NCBI GenBank assembly: GCA_028534125.1
Contig: CM052817.1
Coordinates: 26,786,001 to 26,850,000 of the forward strand
Direction: 5' to 3'
Source of the DNA: Lama glama
Lineage: Eukaryota
Length of the DNA: 64,000 nucleotides
The notes under the pieces were generated by a model, which saw nothing but the letters and a program-made list of their open reading frames with translations, did no database searches and was not told the DNA's origin. Shown here in pieces: positions 25,327 through 37,603 of the stretch (positions are counted from its first letter, which is position 1; every line of letters begins with the position of its first letter). Both the position numbers and the translations under genes were made by a program.

Positions 25327-27009
25327 ACTATGTAAGAGGTAAAAAGAAAAAAGCCAAACAGCAAATAAAACTTAAAAAAACAACAAATATCTTTTTAACG
25401 ACTTGAATAACAAAGCTAGGCACTTCTAGTGTACTAAAACAGTTCTTTTGGGTGGCAACAGTCACACTGTGGAAAGAACATAGACAAGTTCTGAAGCCCA
25501 AAGTCCTACATTTGAATCACACAGCTTTAACACCTATGGTATAAACAACACCAGAGTAAACCTCTTCATTTCTTTGAGCCTCAACTTCCGCATGTCAAAA
25601 AGGAGAATAATTCTAACAATAGTAGTAATAGCTACCATTTATTGGGTGCTTTATGAGCCAAGCGCCGAGATAGGCTCTTTGTATTAGGTCTCCAAATCCA
25701 CCCCCACCTCCGCCCCACCTCCCCCGCAACTATAGGAATTAGCTGTTATTACCCTGATCTTACAGATAAAGACATTGAGACTAACGAAATCTAAGAGCAG
25801 AGCTGGGATTCAAACCCAGTTTGGTAGGACTCTGAAGCTTATTCTCTCATCTACCCTCCTACAGTTCCCCAAAGGATAATAACATAGATCAAACAAGTTG
25901 ATATTTTAAAAGATACAGTGTGAATGGCAATATAGAAGTATTCTATACAATACTCATTGTCACTACAACAGTAATGATAACACAGCGGTAACAGCAACAG
26001 TAATGGTAAAGTTTTAAATGTTCATACTCAAAGTGAGTATCCAAACAGATGCATGTATAGTTTTATTTGAATGTCTAATCAGACAGTGACTAGAGGATGA
26101 CTCCAGGCTAACTCGACTCTGGGAGCTTCCCTCATCAGTTTTCATTATTGAACGTCTACACTTCTGGGTTCAGGAAAAAAGTCTGCAGGATCAGATATGT
26201 TGATATGTGAGAAACAGTGCAGAGAAGATATAGAACATAGCGAAACCTCTTTGTGCTCTACAGTTTTATCACCGAAAGTACCATCTGGCCAAGCCGATCA
26301 GAAAATAACCAGACATTACCAGCTGGTAAATTTTACCTTTTAAAAAAAATCAAGCGAAAGGCCCAATAACCTACTGGCATGGTAAACCTGGATTGTAGTC
26401 AGTAAAATAAGGGGCACACCGTCCCTATGAGTCATCAAGGCCAACAAAGACTCCCTCTGGCCTTTTAGAGCTGGACCACATTAACTTGAAATTGAATCTT
26501 AGCACAGAGGAGCAGCGGGTAGCTCCTTTAAAAGAGGATGTGGGAAACCAGATGACTCAAGCAGGTGGCACGTGTGACCTGGGAGTCTTAGTCCCACGAA
26601 GTATCAATGCCTGTCTGAGGAGCCCTCCTCCCTATCTACTAATTCAGTTTCTTCAGTTCCTTTAAAAAGTCCTGGCTCCTCTCAAAACTGTTAGAGACAG
26701 ATACAGAATGTTAAATGGGAAAAGGACCTTAGAATTTATCCAGTCAAATGTTTTCATTTCACAGATGAGAAAACAAAGGCCCAGAGAGGTGAAGTCTGAT
26801 GGCCCCCAAACTTGTCAGCAGCACAGGAAGGTCACCTATCTCCTATTTTCCATACGGTGTTCGCCCAGCATGTGATGCTGCCTCATCCCATCCCTTGCCC
26901 TTCAGTGCTCCCACACTGCTTGTGACACGTGTACAATTGCATATCACTCACATAGGCACTAAGACCTTTGGGAACACAGTAATCCCAGAGAATTCTTCAC
27001 AGGAAGTAG

Positions 27010-27215
27010 ATAGTATTTCCTATGTGCGCAATTCTAAGCACTTTATACAAATGAACTCATGAATCTTTACAACAACCCTAGGAGATAGGTACCTATTATT
27101 ATCCCTATCTTACAGAGACACAGAGAGGTTAAGTAATTTGCTCAAGGTCACACAGCTGGTCAGGGGTGGAGCCAGGATTTAAACCCAGGCCAGCTAGCTC
27201 TAGTGTTCATGTCCT
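27010..27215 (-). mobile_element. MIR SINE
   Basis: ACAACAACCCTAGGAGATAGGTAC...CAGAGAGGTTAAGTAATTTGCTCAAGGTCACACAGCT...GGATTTAAACCCAGGC. Confidence 0.9.
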
Positions 27216-27404
27216 CATCAAATACAAAGATGTGTAGAAATGATTACTGGTTGCCTTGGAGAGAAGAAATGGGTGGTTACAGCGTCTGGAATGAGAAGAC
27301 TTTCTTTTTCCTATAAATCCTCACAGACTGTTTATATTTTTGTCATATACATATGTTACTTATTCAATAAACGACAAAAAAGTAGTGACTATTGTGCATG
27401 TCTT

Positions 27405-27545
27405 TTAAAAATAGTTCTAAAATGGATGGTGGTAATGGGTGCACAATACTGTGAACATAACTGATGCCACTGAATCATACATTTAAAAATGGCTAAAGTG
27501 GTACATTTTATAATATGTATATTTTATTACTCCCCCCAAAAAAGT
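27405..27545 (+). mobile_element. Old L1 (L1MB-like) 3' end
   Basis: GTTCTAAAATGGATGGTGGTAATGGGTGCACAATACTGTGAA...GCCACTGAATCATACATTTAAAAATGG. Confidence 0.8.
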
Positions 27546-28153
27546 TCTAAAAGCCTTCTTGGCAATGACAGGGAATACTGGGGTTGTGTTTTCCAAGACT
27601 TCAAGCAGCATATTTGGATCTGGAGCCTAAATATCTCTGTATAATTCAGTCAACATTTATTGTGCACCTGTTAGATTTAAGGTTCTGTGCAACTTATGGC
27701 AGAGCCTATAAAAATGATAAATCTAGTCCTTACTCTCAAAGAATAAATGGGAGGCAGCTTGGGTGATAATAACACAAAGTCAAGAGGAGGAGCTGCTTTT
27801 TGGTGACCCATGATGTACCAAGTACAGCTGCTGGCATACAGTAGGTGTTTAACCAATGTCAGCTATTATTATTACCATTATTTGACACTTCTTAGACTTC
27901 CTTCCCTCTTTGGTAAAATCAGAGGCTTGGCTTAGATAACCTACAGAATCTATCACCAGGAATAGGAATGGTCTACTCTCTGTTCTATTGGTGAGCAACG
28001 TGAGGCAAGACATGCTAGAATGACTTGTCTCACAGAATGAGAAAATAGAAGTCCGGATGACAAGGGGCAGGATCAAATTTTGAAGTGACCAATCTATTTG
28101 AGTTATTCTGTGCCCATGCCACACAGTGGCCCCCACCACGGGTCTCAAACTAG

Positions 28154-28541
28154 CAGTGCTGGAGCTGCCTTGTTCTGGCTCTCACAGCTGGTGAGCCAGT
28201 CGTTAAACATAGCCATTATTAAAATTAAATTGCAAACTTACAGTTAATTTAATTCCATTTAAAGCAACCTAGCAAAAACTTAAAACTTATTATTTCATTG
28301 CATTTTGTATTATCTCTCTTCTTAAGGTGATTTACATCAACTGCATTTGAATGATGGAAGGAGTAAGTAACGGTGGCTACTGGGCATCCATTTCTTCCCA
28401 CTCCTTGTTCAGTGATACCAGATTAGCAGTCCAAAATCAGCCAGGGTAGGATTATTTACACTGTAGAAATCAGCAAACACAAAAAATCAGCCTTCAACCT
28501 CTCCCAAAGCTGGTTGTTAAACATTTACCAGTGCACAACTG
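28154..28541. mobile_element. hAT-Blackjack MITE (MER63-like)
   Basis: Ends CAGTGCTGGAGC... and ...GTTGTTAAACATTTACCAGTGCACAACTG; 8-bp TSD-like CTCAAACT/CTCAAACC. Confidence 0.75.
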
Positions 28542-29444
28542 GCTCAAACCAGCATGTACACTATGGGTCTCTTGGAAGGACCGTCCTATTACTCTCAGAC
28601 AGAAGAGTGCATAATTATCATCCCATTGCATGTAGATCAGGGGCCATGAAGTAACAGGCTATGAGACATGACCCTCTTATCCTGTTTCCTTAACCAAAAT
28701 AAAATAAATAATTCTGTATATTTGGCCCACAGCCAAGGAGCTCTCGTGTTTGATTCTTCATCCCCTGCCTGCGAGAGCTAATTACAGTGAGGGGTGTGCA
28801 AAGCAACAGTTCTTTGTGTTCCCAGTGAAATAATGGCTTAGTCACCCCTGAGAGTGTGAAGGCTCTGCACTTCTCCTCAGTGCAGTGAACACAAATCTCA
28901 ATCTGATGCCATGTGACTTTTTCTTTTTCTAAATGAATCAGACTTCATGAATAGAAATTTAGCCTTCCTCCACCCACTCTGGCCCAGCTATGCCAGTTAG
29001 CATACTTTCGGTTTTTCTAGTTGAATTGATTCACCAGTAGTTTTAGGAGTCTGTTGGTTCACGTGTTCAGTTATGATACTATCAAAGGGTGATGGAATCC
29101 TTGCTTTGCAGACTCATTGATTACGTAGCAGAAATTTGATTCTGTGTTTGTGTAGAGAAAATAAAACCCACCCCCAAGATAGAGAACTGAGCCCTCGGTT
29201 TGGGAAGGGAATGTTTTCTCTCCAGGTTTCCGGGGCAAAGCTAGACAAGTGAGCCAACCTGGCCGAGGTTTCATTGCCTTTTCTGTAGATTCAGGACACT
29301 GCAGGATGGTTTTGAGCTGTGTACCAGGTCATGACTGGACACAGATGTCCAGGCCTCAAGACCCTAAACGTTGACCAACCCTGGTGCTCCCCAAGCCATA
29401 GGTAATTCAAAATAAGATTTCCAATAACACAAAACCTGGAGGTT

Positions 29445-29712
29445 ATGTGGAGGGCAGTGTAGAGTCTTGGATAAGCACATATCCATCACTAGAGCCAGAC
29501 TGCTTGGATCTGAATCTTGCCTTTCCCATTTATCACTTTTGTGACTTTGGGCAAGTAAGATCTGTGTCTGTTTCATCATCTGTAGAAAAGGGACAAATAA
29601 TGCTCCCTACCCTTACAGGGTTGATGTGAGGATTAAATATGTTAAAATTTGTAACATGCTTAGAGAAGTGCCTGGTTCATAGTAAGTGTCATATAAATGC
29701 TAGGTATTATTT
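29445..29712 (+). mobile_element. MIR SINE (near full length)
   Basis: GAGCCAGACTGCTTGGATCTGAATC...GTGACTTTGGGCAAGT...CATCTGTAGAAAAGGGA...GAGGATTAAA...AGTGCCTGG. Confidence 0.9.
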
Positions 29713-29969
29713 GAACCCTGACATGCTTTGTAATTATTTTTGGATTGAAAGTTAATTGAAGGTGAACTGTTACTTAATCTTATTTACTTATTTCCAGGTA
29801 CCTTAGACACATGACCTAGCTCTGAGACACCAGGCAGGTGTCTTGCAATGCAGATTCAGATGCCAATCATCAAACAGTCCTTCTGTAGCTTGGACCTAGA
29901 ATTCAAAGTGCATTCTAGTGGTTAAGAGTCAGGACTTTAAAGTCAGACACAGAGAGTTCTTGTTTGTTT

Positions 29970-30680
29970 GTTTGTTTAACTTTTTATTTTTAAATAATTG
30001 TACATTTAAACAGAAAACTTACAAAAATAGTAGAGTTCATGATGACCCTTTACCCAGCTAACATCAGCTACATCGTTCATCTTTCACTAGTACAATTATT
30101 AAAGCCAGAAGGTTAACACAGAAACTAGTCTGTGAACTAATCTGTAAACCTTACTTGAATTTCACCAGTTTTCCACTAAAGCCCAGGATCCAACACAAGC
30201 TCCTACAGTGCATTTAGCTGTTGTGTCTTCATAGTAGCCTCCAGTCTGCAGCAGTTGCTCAGTCTTTGCTTTTCTTTCCTGACCTTGACGTTATTGATAA
30301 GCATCAGTTCATGTCTCGCAGTTTAGGTTCTTCTGATGTTTATTTGTGATTAAATTGAAGATTGCCTTTTTGGCAGGAGTACCATAGAACTGAAGTGTCC
30401 TTGATGCATCATTTCAGGGGGAACAGGAGGGGTTTGTTTGTTTGTTTCTATTTATTTATTTATTTTTCCGGGCGCGGGGAGGGGGGCGGGCAGTAATTAG
30501 GTTTACTTATTTATTTTAATGGAGGTACTGGGAATTGAACCCAGGACCTCTTGCATGCTAGGCATGCTCTCTACCGCTGAGCCACACCCTCCCCCGGAAC
30601 AGGATGTCGATAGCTTTGATTAGTAGTGACATTAACCTTGATTACTTGGTTAAGGTTTCTCCACTTCAAAGATTCACATC
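29970..30680 (-). mobile_element. Old L1 (L1MC/L1MD-like) 3'UTR, interrupted by a SINE
   Basis: TTTTTATTTTTAAATAATTGTACATT...CCCAGGATCCAAC...GCATTTAGCTGT...TTAACCTTGATTACTTGGTTAAGGT. Confidence 0.75.
30431..30595 (-). mobile_element. Vic-1-type SINE
   Basis: Reverse head GGAGGTACTGGGAATTGAACCCAGGACCTCTTGCATGCTAGGCATGCTCTCTACCGCTGAGCCACACCCTCCCCC; TSD GGAACAGGA at 30420-30428 and 30596-30604. Confidence 0.93.
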
Positions 30681-31539
30681 TATTTCCCAGGATATAAAAC
30701 ATTGTTATTAACCTCAGAATAAAGGAAGATTTTTTTTTTTTTGGCATGCCAGAGCCTCTGTAACAATGCTTTATTTTGCATCCTGTTCTATGAAAGATTT
30801 TATTACCCAACATCTCATGTTACCCAACATCTTGATGTACTATATTATTTGAAGTAAAAGAGACAGAACTACTTTAAAATACAATTTGAGTAGCAGCTCA
30901 AAAGAAAAATTGCTTCGGTTACTTCTATGCAGTGTTCATTTGAGTAGGCTTTATCATGGAGTAATAGACCAATGGAACAATACTGTAAACTTAAAATGAC
31001 ATGTACAAAGGATAATTTACACTGTAATGAACGTGTGAGACAAGAAAAAAATAACAATGAGGCCTATGTTGTAGATATGTGCCATGTACAGTCATTAAAG
31101 GGTAATTCCTTGCATGGAAAAATATTAAGCCAATGAAAGAGCCTGGAAATCCATATGGAGGAAGAGTAGTGCTGTAAATGCAAAATATCAGAGCTTGATA
31201 CTTTGGGCATATGAAGCAATCAAATAGGTCTCCCTTTTAATACACAATCAAGCCCATTTCATCTTCATACACAGTATAGTTCATTTTCAGAATTCAAGAA
31301 CTGGTCCTCCCAGGAGTCGGCAGGATGCTAACCTAACATCATTACATTAAGACTACTCTTAAGGAGGATTGTGCTTTTTGTTTTGTTTTGCTATGTTTGC
31401 AACCAACATATTATAGGTAACTCAAGTTAAGTATACACATATTATATATTATATATTAGAAGTAATGGAAGAGTCTAATTATGGCATTTTAAACTATTCT
31501 CTAGTGAAGGCTTGAGATAAAGAAAAAGTAAATGGGGGG

Positions 31540-31790
31540 TTATAGTAGCTAACACTTGGGTACTTGCCATATGCTAGGCACTTTTCTCAGTACTTTGCAT
31601 ATGTTAATTTAATTCTCATAACAATCCTGCAATATATTCACTATTATTATCGCCTCCCTTTTACAGATGAGGAAAGATAGACAGAGAGACTAAATGTCTT
31701 GACCAACATCACACAGCTAATTAAGTGCAGAGCTGGGATCTGAACCTACAGTGTGGTTCTAGGCTACCGAAGTTCTTGGCCACCGCAGTG
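31540..31790 (-). mobile_element. MIR SINE
   Basis: TTTTACAGATGAGGAAAGATAGACAGAGAG...CACACAGCTAATTAAGTGCAGAGCTGGGATCTGAACC. Confidence 0.85.
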
Positions 31791-33181
31791 CATTGCACCT
31801 CAAATGGCTAAGAACCCTTGCGAGTCATACAATTTTCTTCCTCTAATACTATGAATTTAATATATATTTTTAAAATATACTACTTATATAATTTTTTAAT
31901 ATACCACAAATCGAATAATATATATTTTCTGCCTCTTAAATATGCTACAAATCAGTATTTCTGGCATTTTCTCTTTTTCCCTTTTTACTCTCTATAACAC
32001 TGCTATACATATATACACTCTAAGCCACAAAAATGAGTACCAGGTTATATATTCAGCCCTAGATTGTTTTCTAATTTACTTATGGGTTGGGATGGTCTAT
32101 GGAGACAAGGATCAAGTCTTGGATATATAGCCTATTTCCTACAGAGCACTAGGTAAGAACTAATCTTAAGGGCTAATGTTTATGGATCACCTAATTTGTG
32201 TCTGGCAATATTCTCAGTATTTCATACTCACACTCTCACTGATTCTTCAGAACAGCCTCTGAGGCACATGTCATTATTACCTCCATTTCACACATGGGGA
32301 AACTGGAGTTAAGTGACCGTCCCTAGTCAGCAAGCTAGTAATAGGCAAAGCCAGGATTTAACCGAAGACTGTCCAACCCCAAAGTTGCTGGTTCAGCCAC
32401 TAGGATATACTGTATGCCTGCTGGTGCTAAATAAATAGCAGATACTCAGTAAACGTTAGTTGTAAACAGCAAACATCTGTTGAGTGATTCATCAATTGAT
32501 GTTTCATTCATTTCTTTATTCTTAATGAAGGAGGGAAGATAGAAAATCAGGAAGATTGGGAAGAGACAGTTAATAAAACAGAAGTGGCCAGGAAAATAAC
32601 TGAGCCGGGGGCTGGTGACCAGGTAGATATGAATGCTTGGGGGGTTTAGGGGAGAAGCAGAAGAGACAGTGACATCCTTGGCTGATGTCATGGTTGGAAG
32701 TCACACTGGCATCATGCTGGGATTATGCTACTACAACTGTCTGGTGTGACTTGAGACCAGGTACTGCAGTTTCCATCTCGGCTCCCTAACCTTCAACAAC
32801 CTTATAATTTTGCTTGGTTTTATCATTCATCTATGATGTGACAGAGTATGTTCTGGGCCTTGGGCAGATGTAAGTGAACAAAATAGATAAAAATTCCTGC
32901 CTTCATGAAGTTTACATTTTAATTCGGAACATACAGACAATAAACATAGTAAGTAGGTAAACTATATAATGGCTTTAAGGTGGCAAGTGCTGTGGTTTGA
33001 AAAACTAGAGCAGCATAAGGGAGACCAGAAGTACTGGGGGCAGGAGGGGGAGTGGTCAGAACAGGCCTCACCTCTATGGTGGCATTTGAGCAACTATTTA
33101 AAGATGAGGTTAAAAGAAAGAAAGTAGTAAGAATGGTAAGGCCCATACTACTAAAACAGAGAAATTAAGAATGAATGTTTT

Positions 33182-33564
33182 GGTTCCTTAAAAAACTAAA
33201 AATAGACTTACCATGTGATCCAGCAATCCCATTCCTGGGTATACATCTGGAGGGAACTCTAATTTGAAAAGACACATGCATCCCAGTGTTCACAGCAGCA
33301 CTATTTACAATAGCCAAGACATGGAAACAACCTAAATGTCCATTGACAGATGACTGGATAAAGTAGTGGTATATATACATACAGCGGAGTACTACGTAGC
33401 CATAAAAATGAAATAATGCCATTTGGAGCAACACGTATGGACCTAGAGATTATCATATTAAGTGAAGTAAGTCACACAGAGAAAGACAAATATCATATGA
33501 TGTCACTTATATATGGAATCTAAAAAAAAAGATACAAATTTTATTTGGAAATAACATCAAAAAA
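33182..33564 (+). mobile_element. L1 fragment: ORF2 C-terminus and start of 3'UTR
   Basis: Translates as FLKKLKIDLPCDPAIPFLGI...FTAALFTIAKTWKQPKCP, typical of the L1 ORF2p C-terminus, with stops; flanking GAATGTTTT direct repeat at 33173 and 33565. Confidence 0.92.
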
Positions 33565-34829
33565 GAATGTTTTATAATAAAATTACTACTGAGAAGCTGA
33601 GTACTTTTACAGAGGAAAAATTTTTTGTAGCTTTCCTCCCTGGGCGGTCTGGGAGATGACAAAGCATCTATAACCCAATTTTCATCTCAATTGTTTAAAA
33701 ATAAAATTTTCATCCCTATCTAAGTGGTGGTAGCATACTTTCGAACCTTTGGTCAGTTTTGTTTGTTCATGCACATACTGTTCGTGAATCACTACATTAA
33801 CTGGTTTGTTCTCATAATCACATAACTGTAATCCACAAAATGACGATTCAAGTTCATGGAACAGCAAAGACTGTCTTTCCTTATGTGGATCAAATGAAGC
33901 ATGAAATTGGAAAATATCTTTTCAAGAAATAGCTAAAGACTTATCCTTAATATAATATACAAAGAAATACCATTAAAATAGTTTCTTAGACAAGGAATAT
34001 ATAAAATTGAGTATGTTTCTCAATTTGTATTTGGATAACTATTATTGAGTTCCTATCATGGCAGACATCATGCAGAGGGTTTTAGTATATACAAATTTTC
34101 ATCTAATTTATTCATTCATTCAACAAATACTGAGAAGTTTTGTGCCAGGCATCATTCTAGACACAACAGGACAAAGTAGACAAAATCTCTGATCTTATGG
34201 AAATGGATATATAATAGGTCAGGTGGTAATAAGTGCTATAAAGAGAAATCAAATGGGGCTAAAGGGTGGGGGTGCTGCTAATTTATTGTAGGATGATCAG
34301 AGACGTTCTCTTCAATATGATGACAGTTGGTTTTCTGGGGAAAAAAATGTTTCTAGGCAGAGGATACAGCAGAAATGAGAACATGTTCAGTACTTGATTC
34401 TATAAGTATTATTTTATTGGAAACTGAAGGCTCGAGGGTATTGTTATTATATATGTGTCCATATCACATCAGTAATAAGGGGCAAAGTCAAACATGACTC
34501 TGGGTCTATTAACCTCAAAATCCATGACTTACTCTTTCAAAATAGCATTTGATTTACTCATCCTAACCAAAAGAGCTACTCTTTTAAGAAAGACTGGCAG
34601 AGCATAGGACTACCAGGAATTAATTGGTGCTGCTGTTAAGTTCTATAATTTACTCTAGCCTTAGGCAAATGACAGACACTTGCTCTTCTCCAGAGCCTGT
34701 AAAATGGGGCTCAGGTAATTAACAACTCAGAACAACTGTTATGAGAACTAATTAGCTACTGCTTACAAAATAATTTGAACATTAACAATAAGAGTGCCTT
34801 CGCTCCAAGTATCACATTTTCTTCCCAGT

Positions 34830-35550
34830 GGAACTCTATATACCTCTGTCCCCACCATCCCCCAACTTCCACATCTGGTCCTACTCAGATTTCCCTCTGT
34901 TGGCAAAATTAATTATCTAGTTATTACAATCAGAAGCCCAGGAGTCATCTTTAAAGACTTTTTCTTCACAAACATACATTCCCAAGTCCTGTTGATTCTA
35001 CCTCCAAAATGTACCTTGTATCCATCCACATCTCTCCATCTTCAATGCCACCAGTCTATTTCAACCCACCACCCTCTTTTGCACAAAGTCATGGCTGTGA
35101 GGCCTCACTCACATAAAGTGGCTCCTGCCTGCCTCATGGCCTCATCTCATGCCACTGCTCCCTCAGTCACTACACCCTTTGCACACTGGCCTTTGTCAGG
35201 TCCTAGAACATCTCTTTCCATTCTCAAGACCATGATGGTATGCCTGCCTTTCCCTTGCCTGAAATGTTCTTCCTGTGGCTAGATTTTTCTCACCCTTTAA
35301 AGCTCAGTTTAAATGCTTCCCTGATCCAAATTAGCCCAATAGTTCCTATGTGCCACTCTCTATTATATCATTCTTCTGCTTCCTTCCTAGAACTTATTAT
35401 CTGTCTTGATTCATTTATAATTTACCCATTTATCATCTGTTTCCTACCATTAGAATGTAAGAGGGCAGGAACCTTATCTGCAATGTTCACTGTGATATCC
35501 TCTAGCACACAGCACATGGCAAGTGCTCAGAAAATATTTACTGAACCAAC
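34830..35550 (+). mobile_element. L2 LINE 3' region
   Basis: CCAAGTCCTGTTGATTCTACCTCCAAAAT...TAGAATGTAAGAGGGCAGGAACC...GTGCTCAGAAAATATTTACTGAA. Confidence 0.85.
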
Positions 35551-35910
35551 GTTTTAGTCTTGAGCTCACCCCCACCAAACAACAGGTAGACCAATGCCCT
35601 GTAGGGACAGAGATCAAGGTCTTGCAAACACCAGAACATCTGGTTGACCCTGCCCCTCCCCCACTCCCACCCCTGCTAGTGACTGGACCTCATTTCAAAG
35701 GGACCTCAAAAAAATGTTGGTTTCTTTGAAGGCCTAGAGGTTAAAGGACTTACCCAGAGTTACATACTCAGTTTACATTTAACATTGGGAAGGCTAAGAC
35801 TGACACTCCCTGATTCCCCTACCGACTGAATTCTAATTTCAAAGGATCTTAGTGTAGGAAGCAACCTCCAGATCCCATTTGCTTTGGCCCTTCAAATAAG
35901 ACTCTATCAT

Positions 35911-36067
35911 TTGCATGTTATAACACGGGGAATATGTTCAGTATTTTGTAGTAACTATATGTGAAATACAACCTTTAAAAATTGTGAATCACTATGTTGT
36001 ACATCTGTAACTTATATAATATTGAACCTCACTTATACTTCAATTAAAAAAATGAAAAAAAAAAAAG
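35911..36067 (+). mobile_element. 5'-truncated L1 3' end inserted in a MIR
   Basis: ACACGGGGAATATG...ACCTTTAAAAATTGTGAATCACTATGTTGTAC...ATACTTCAATTAAAAAAA; TSD GACTCTATCA at 35900-35909 and 36068-36077. Confidence 0.9.
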
Positions 36068-36419
36068 GACTCTATCACTGTCTCCATTTAAAAGATAAGA
36101 CGTCTGAAGCCAAGAGAAATAAATGACTTTTCTAAGGTCATATGACTATTGAAAGGCAAGGAAGAATTTCATCCTTAGTCTGTCTCTAGTTCTTTTTTTT
36201 TTTTTTGTCTCTAGTTCTTAATCTTTTTTTTTTTGTTCTGGACTTTGTACAACCATGCAATCAAGTATCGTTTCCATATTGAACAGGTTAGCAAATGCTT
36301 TAAAAAAAAGAGAGAGAGAAAACAAAGCAGTTGCAGAGATTCCTCAAGAGTGACAAATTATTTAAACAAACAAACAAAACCAACAAAAATTATTTAAACA
36401 CATGTAACGCTTTTGTTCC

Positions 36420-36980
36420 TGGTTCATTAATTCATTCGATAAAGATTTGAGTCTCTGCTATATGCCATGAACCATTTTGGACACTGGGATACAGCAACGA
36501 ATAAAACAAAGAAATCCTCTCCACCTTTCTGGAGCTTACTTTCTAGTGTGGGAGACAGGTGATAACAGACATATTTTTATGTGTGAGGAGTATCAGGTGG
36601 CCAAAGTGCTATGAAGAAAAATAAAGCAGAGCAAGGAGAGAGTGACAGGCAGGGAGTGCGACTGCCTTAAGCAAGATGATCAGGGAAAGACACTTGAGTA
36701 TGATGCCAGTGGAATGGTGATCTGAGTGAATTAAGGGCAGGAACTAGAGGAAGAATGTTCCAGGCCATGCGGAACAGCAGAGCAAAGGTCCCAAGGCAGC
36801 ACAGGGCTTGGCACATTCTAAGGAATGCCCCAGGGCCCTGTGGCTGGAGAGGAGCAAACAGGAAGGAGGAAGAAAGGTCACAGAGGTAGCCTCTGTTGGC
36901 AAAATTAACTACCTAGTTATTATAATCAGAAGCCCAGGAGTCATCTTTAAAGACTTTTAAAGATGGGGTCAGATCCTGGT
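36420..36980 (-). mobile_element. L2 LINE 3' region carrying a 69-bp foreign insert
   Basis: TTCATTAATTCATTCGATAAAGATTTGAG...GGAGCTTACTTTCTAGTG...GCAAAGGTCCCAAGGCAG. Confidence 0.85.
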
Positions 36981-37603
36981 GGTAATTGCTCTTTAAAACT
37001 CCCCCTTCTTAAACTGACCTTTCTTTATAAGGTGAATATTTATAAAGCTAGGCCTTGGGGAGAGGGGTTTTATTGAGTGTGTTTCAATACGTTAACAAGC
37101 ACCACAGGATTTGCTTTTCTTTCCATTTCTTGCTGTTAGAATGTTAATCTGTCTAAATTCATTCAGCTCCACTTGTTTGGAAATTAACCACTAGTGCTTG
37201 TAGCCTAAGAAAGACACCAACTAATACATCTCAACAGAGCAGACAGTGAGGTCCACTCCCATGGGTCCAGATCACTGTAAAAATCCAAGCTATTGTTCAG
37301 CTAGTAGTTTCACGTTGGTTTCTAAAAATAAGAATCTGAGTCACCCTTTCCTCAGTTGGAAAGCCTTATTCCTTTTATCTTCATGGCTCCTGGCTGGTGA
37401 ACACATTACCTAGCAGAGGGTGGAAGGTCTACCCGCACCCTCACTGTAGGTGGTGTAGCAGTGAGGCAGAAAGGTGAACTGGCTGGGAAGTCAGGCCTCA
37501 ATCAGATCCTTCCCTCACCACAATCACGAGACAGTTTTAACCAATTTACTTAACTTTTTTGAGTTGCAGTTTCCTCTTCCGTGAGAAAGGGAGATACTAA
37601 TGC

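Noticed and set aside
28985..29000. AGCTATGCCAG, a partial reverse match to a known miRNA 3' end
   Set aside because: Only 11 nt match, no seed region and no hairpin
589..30595. tRNA-Ala genes
   Set aside because: Each tRNA-like head has extra 5' Gs, stem mismatches, a shared A-rich/C-run tail and often TSDs, so they are SINE copies rather than tRNA genes
33600..33950. Unique-looking segment with a ~79-codon open minus frame
   Set aside because: No recognisable protein and no paired splice sites; could be conserved non-coding but I cannot tell from sequence alone
34794..35282. 162-aa ORF
   Set aside because: Lies within an L2 remnant and has a non-ATG start
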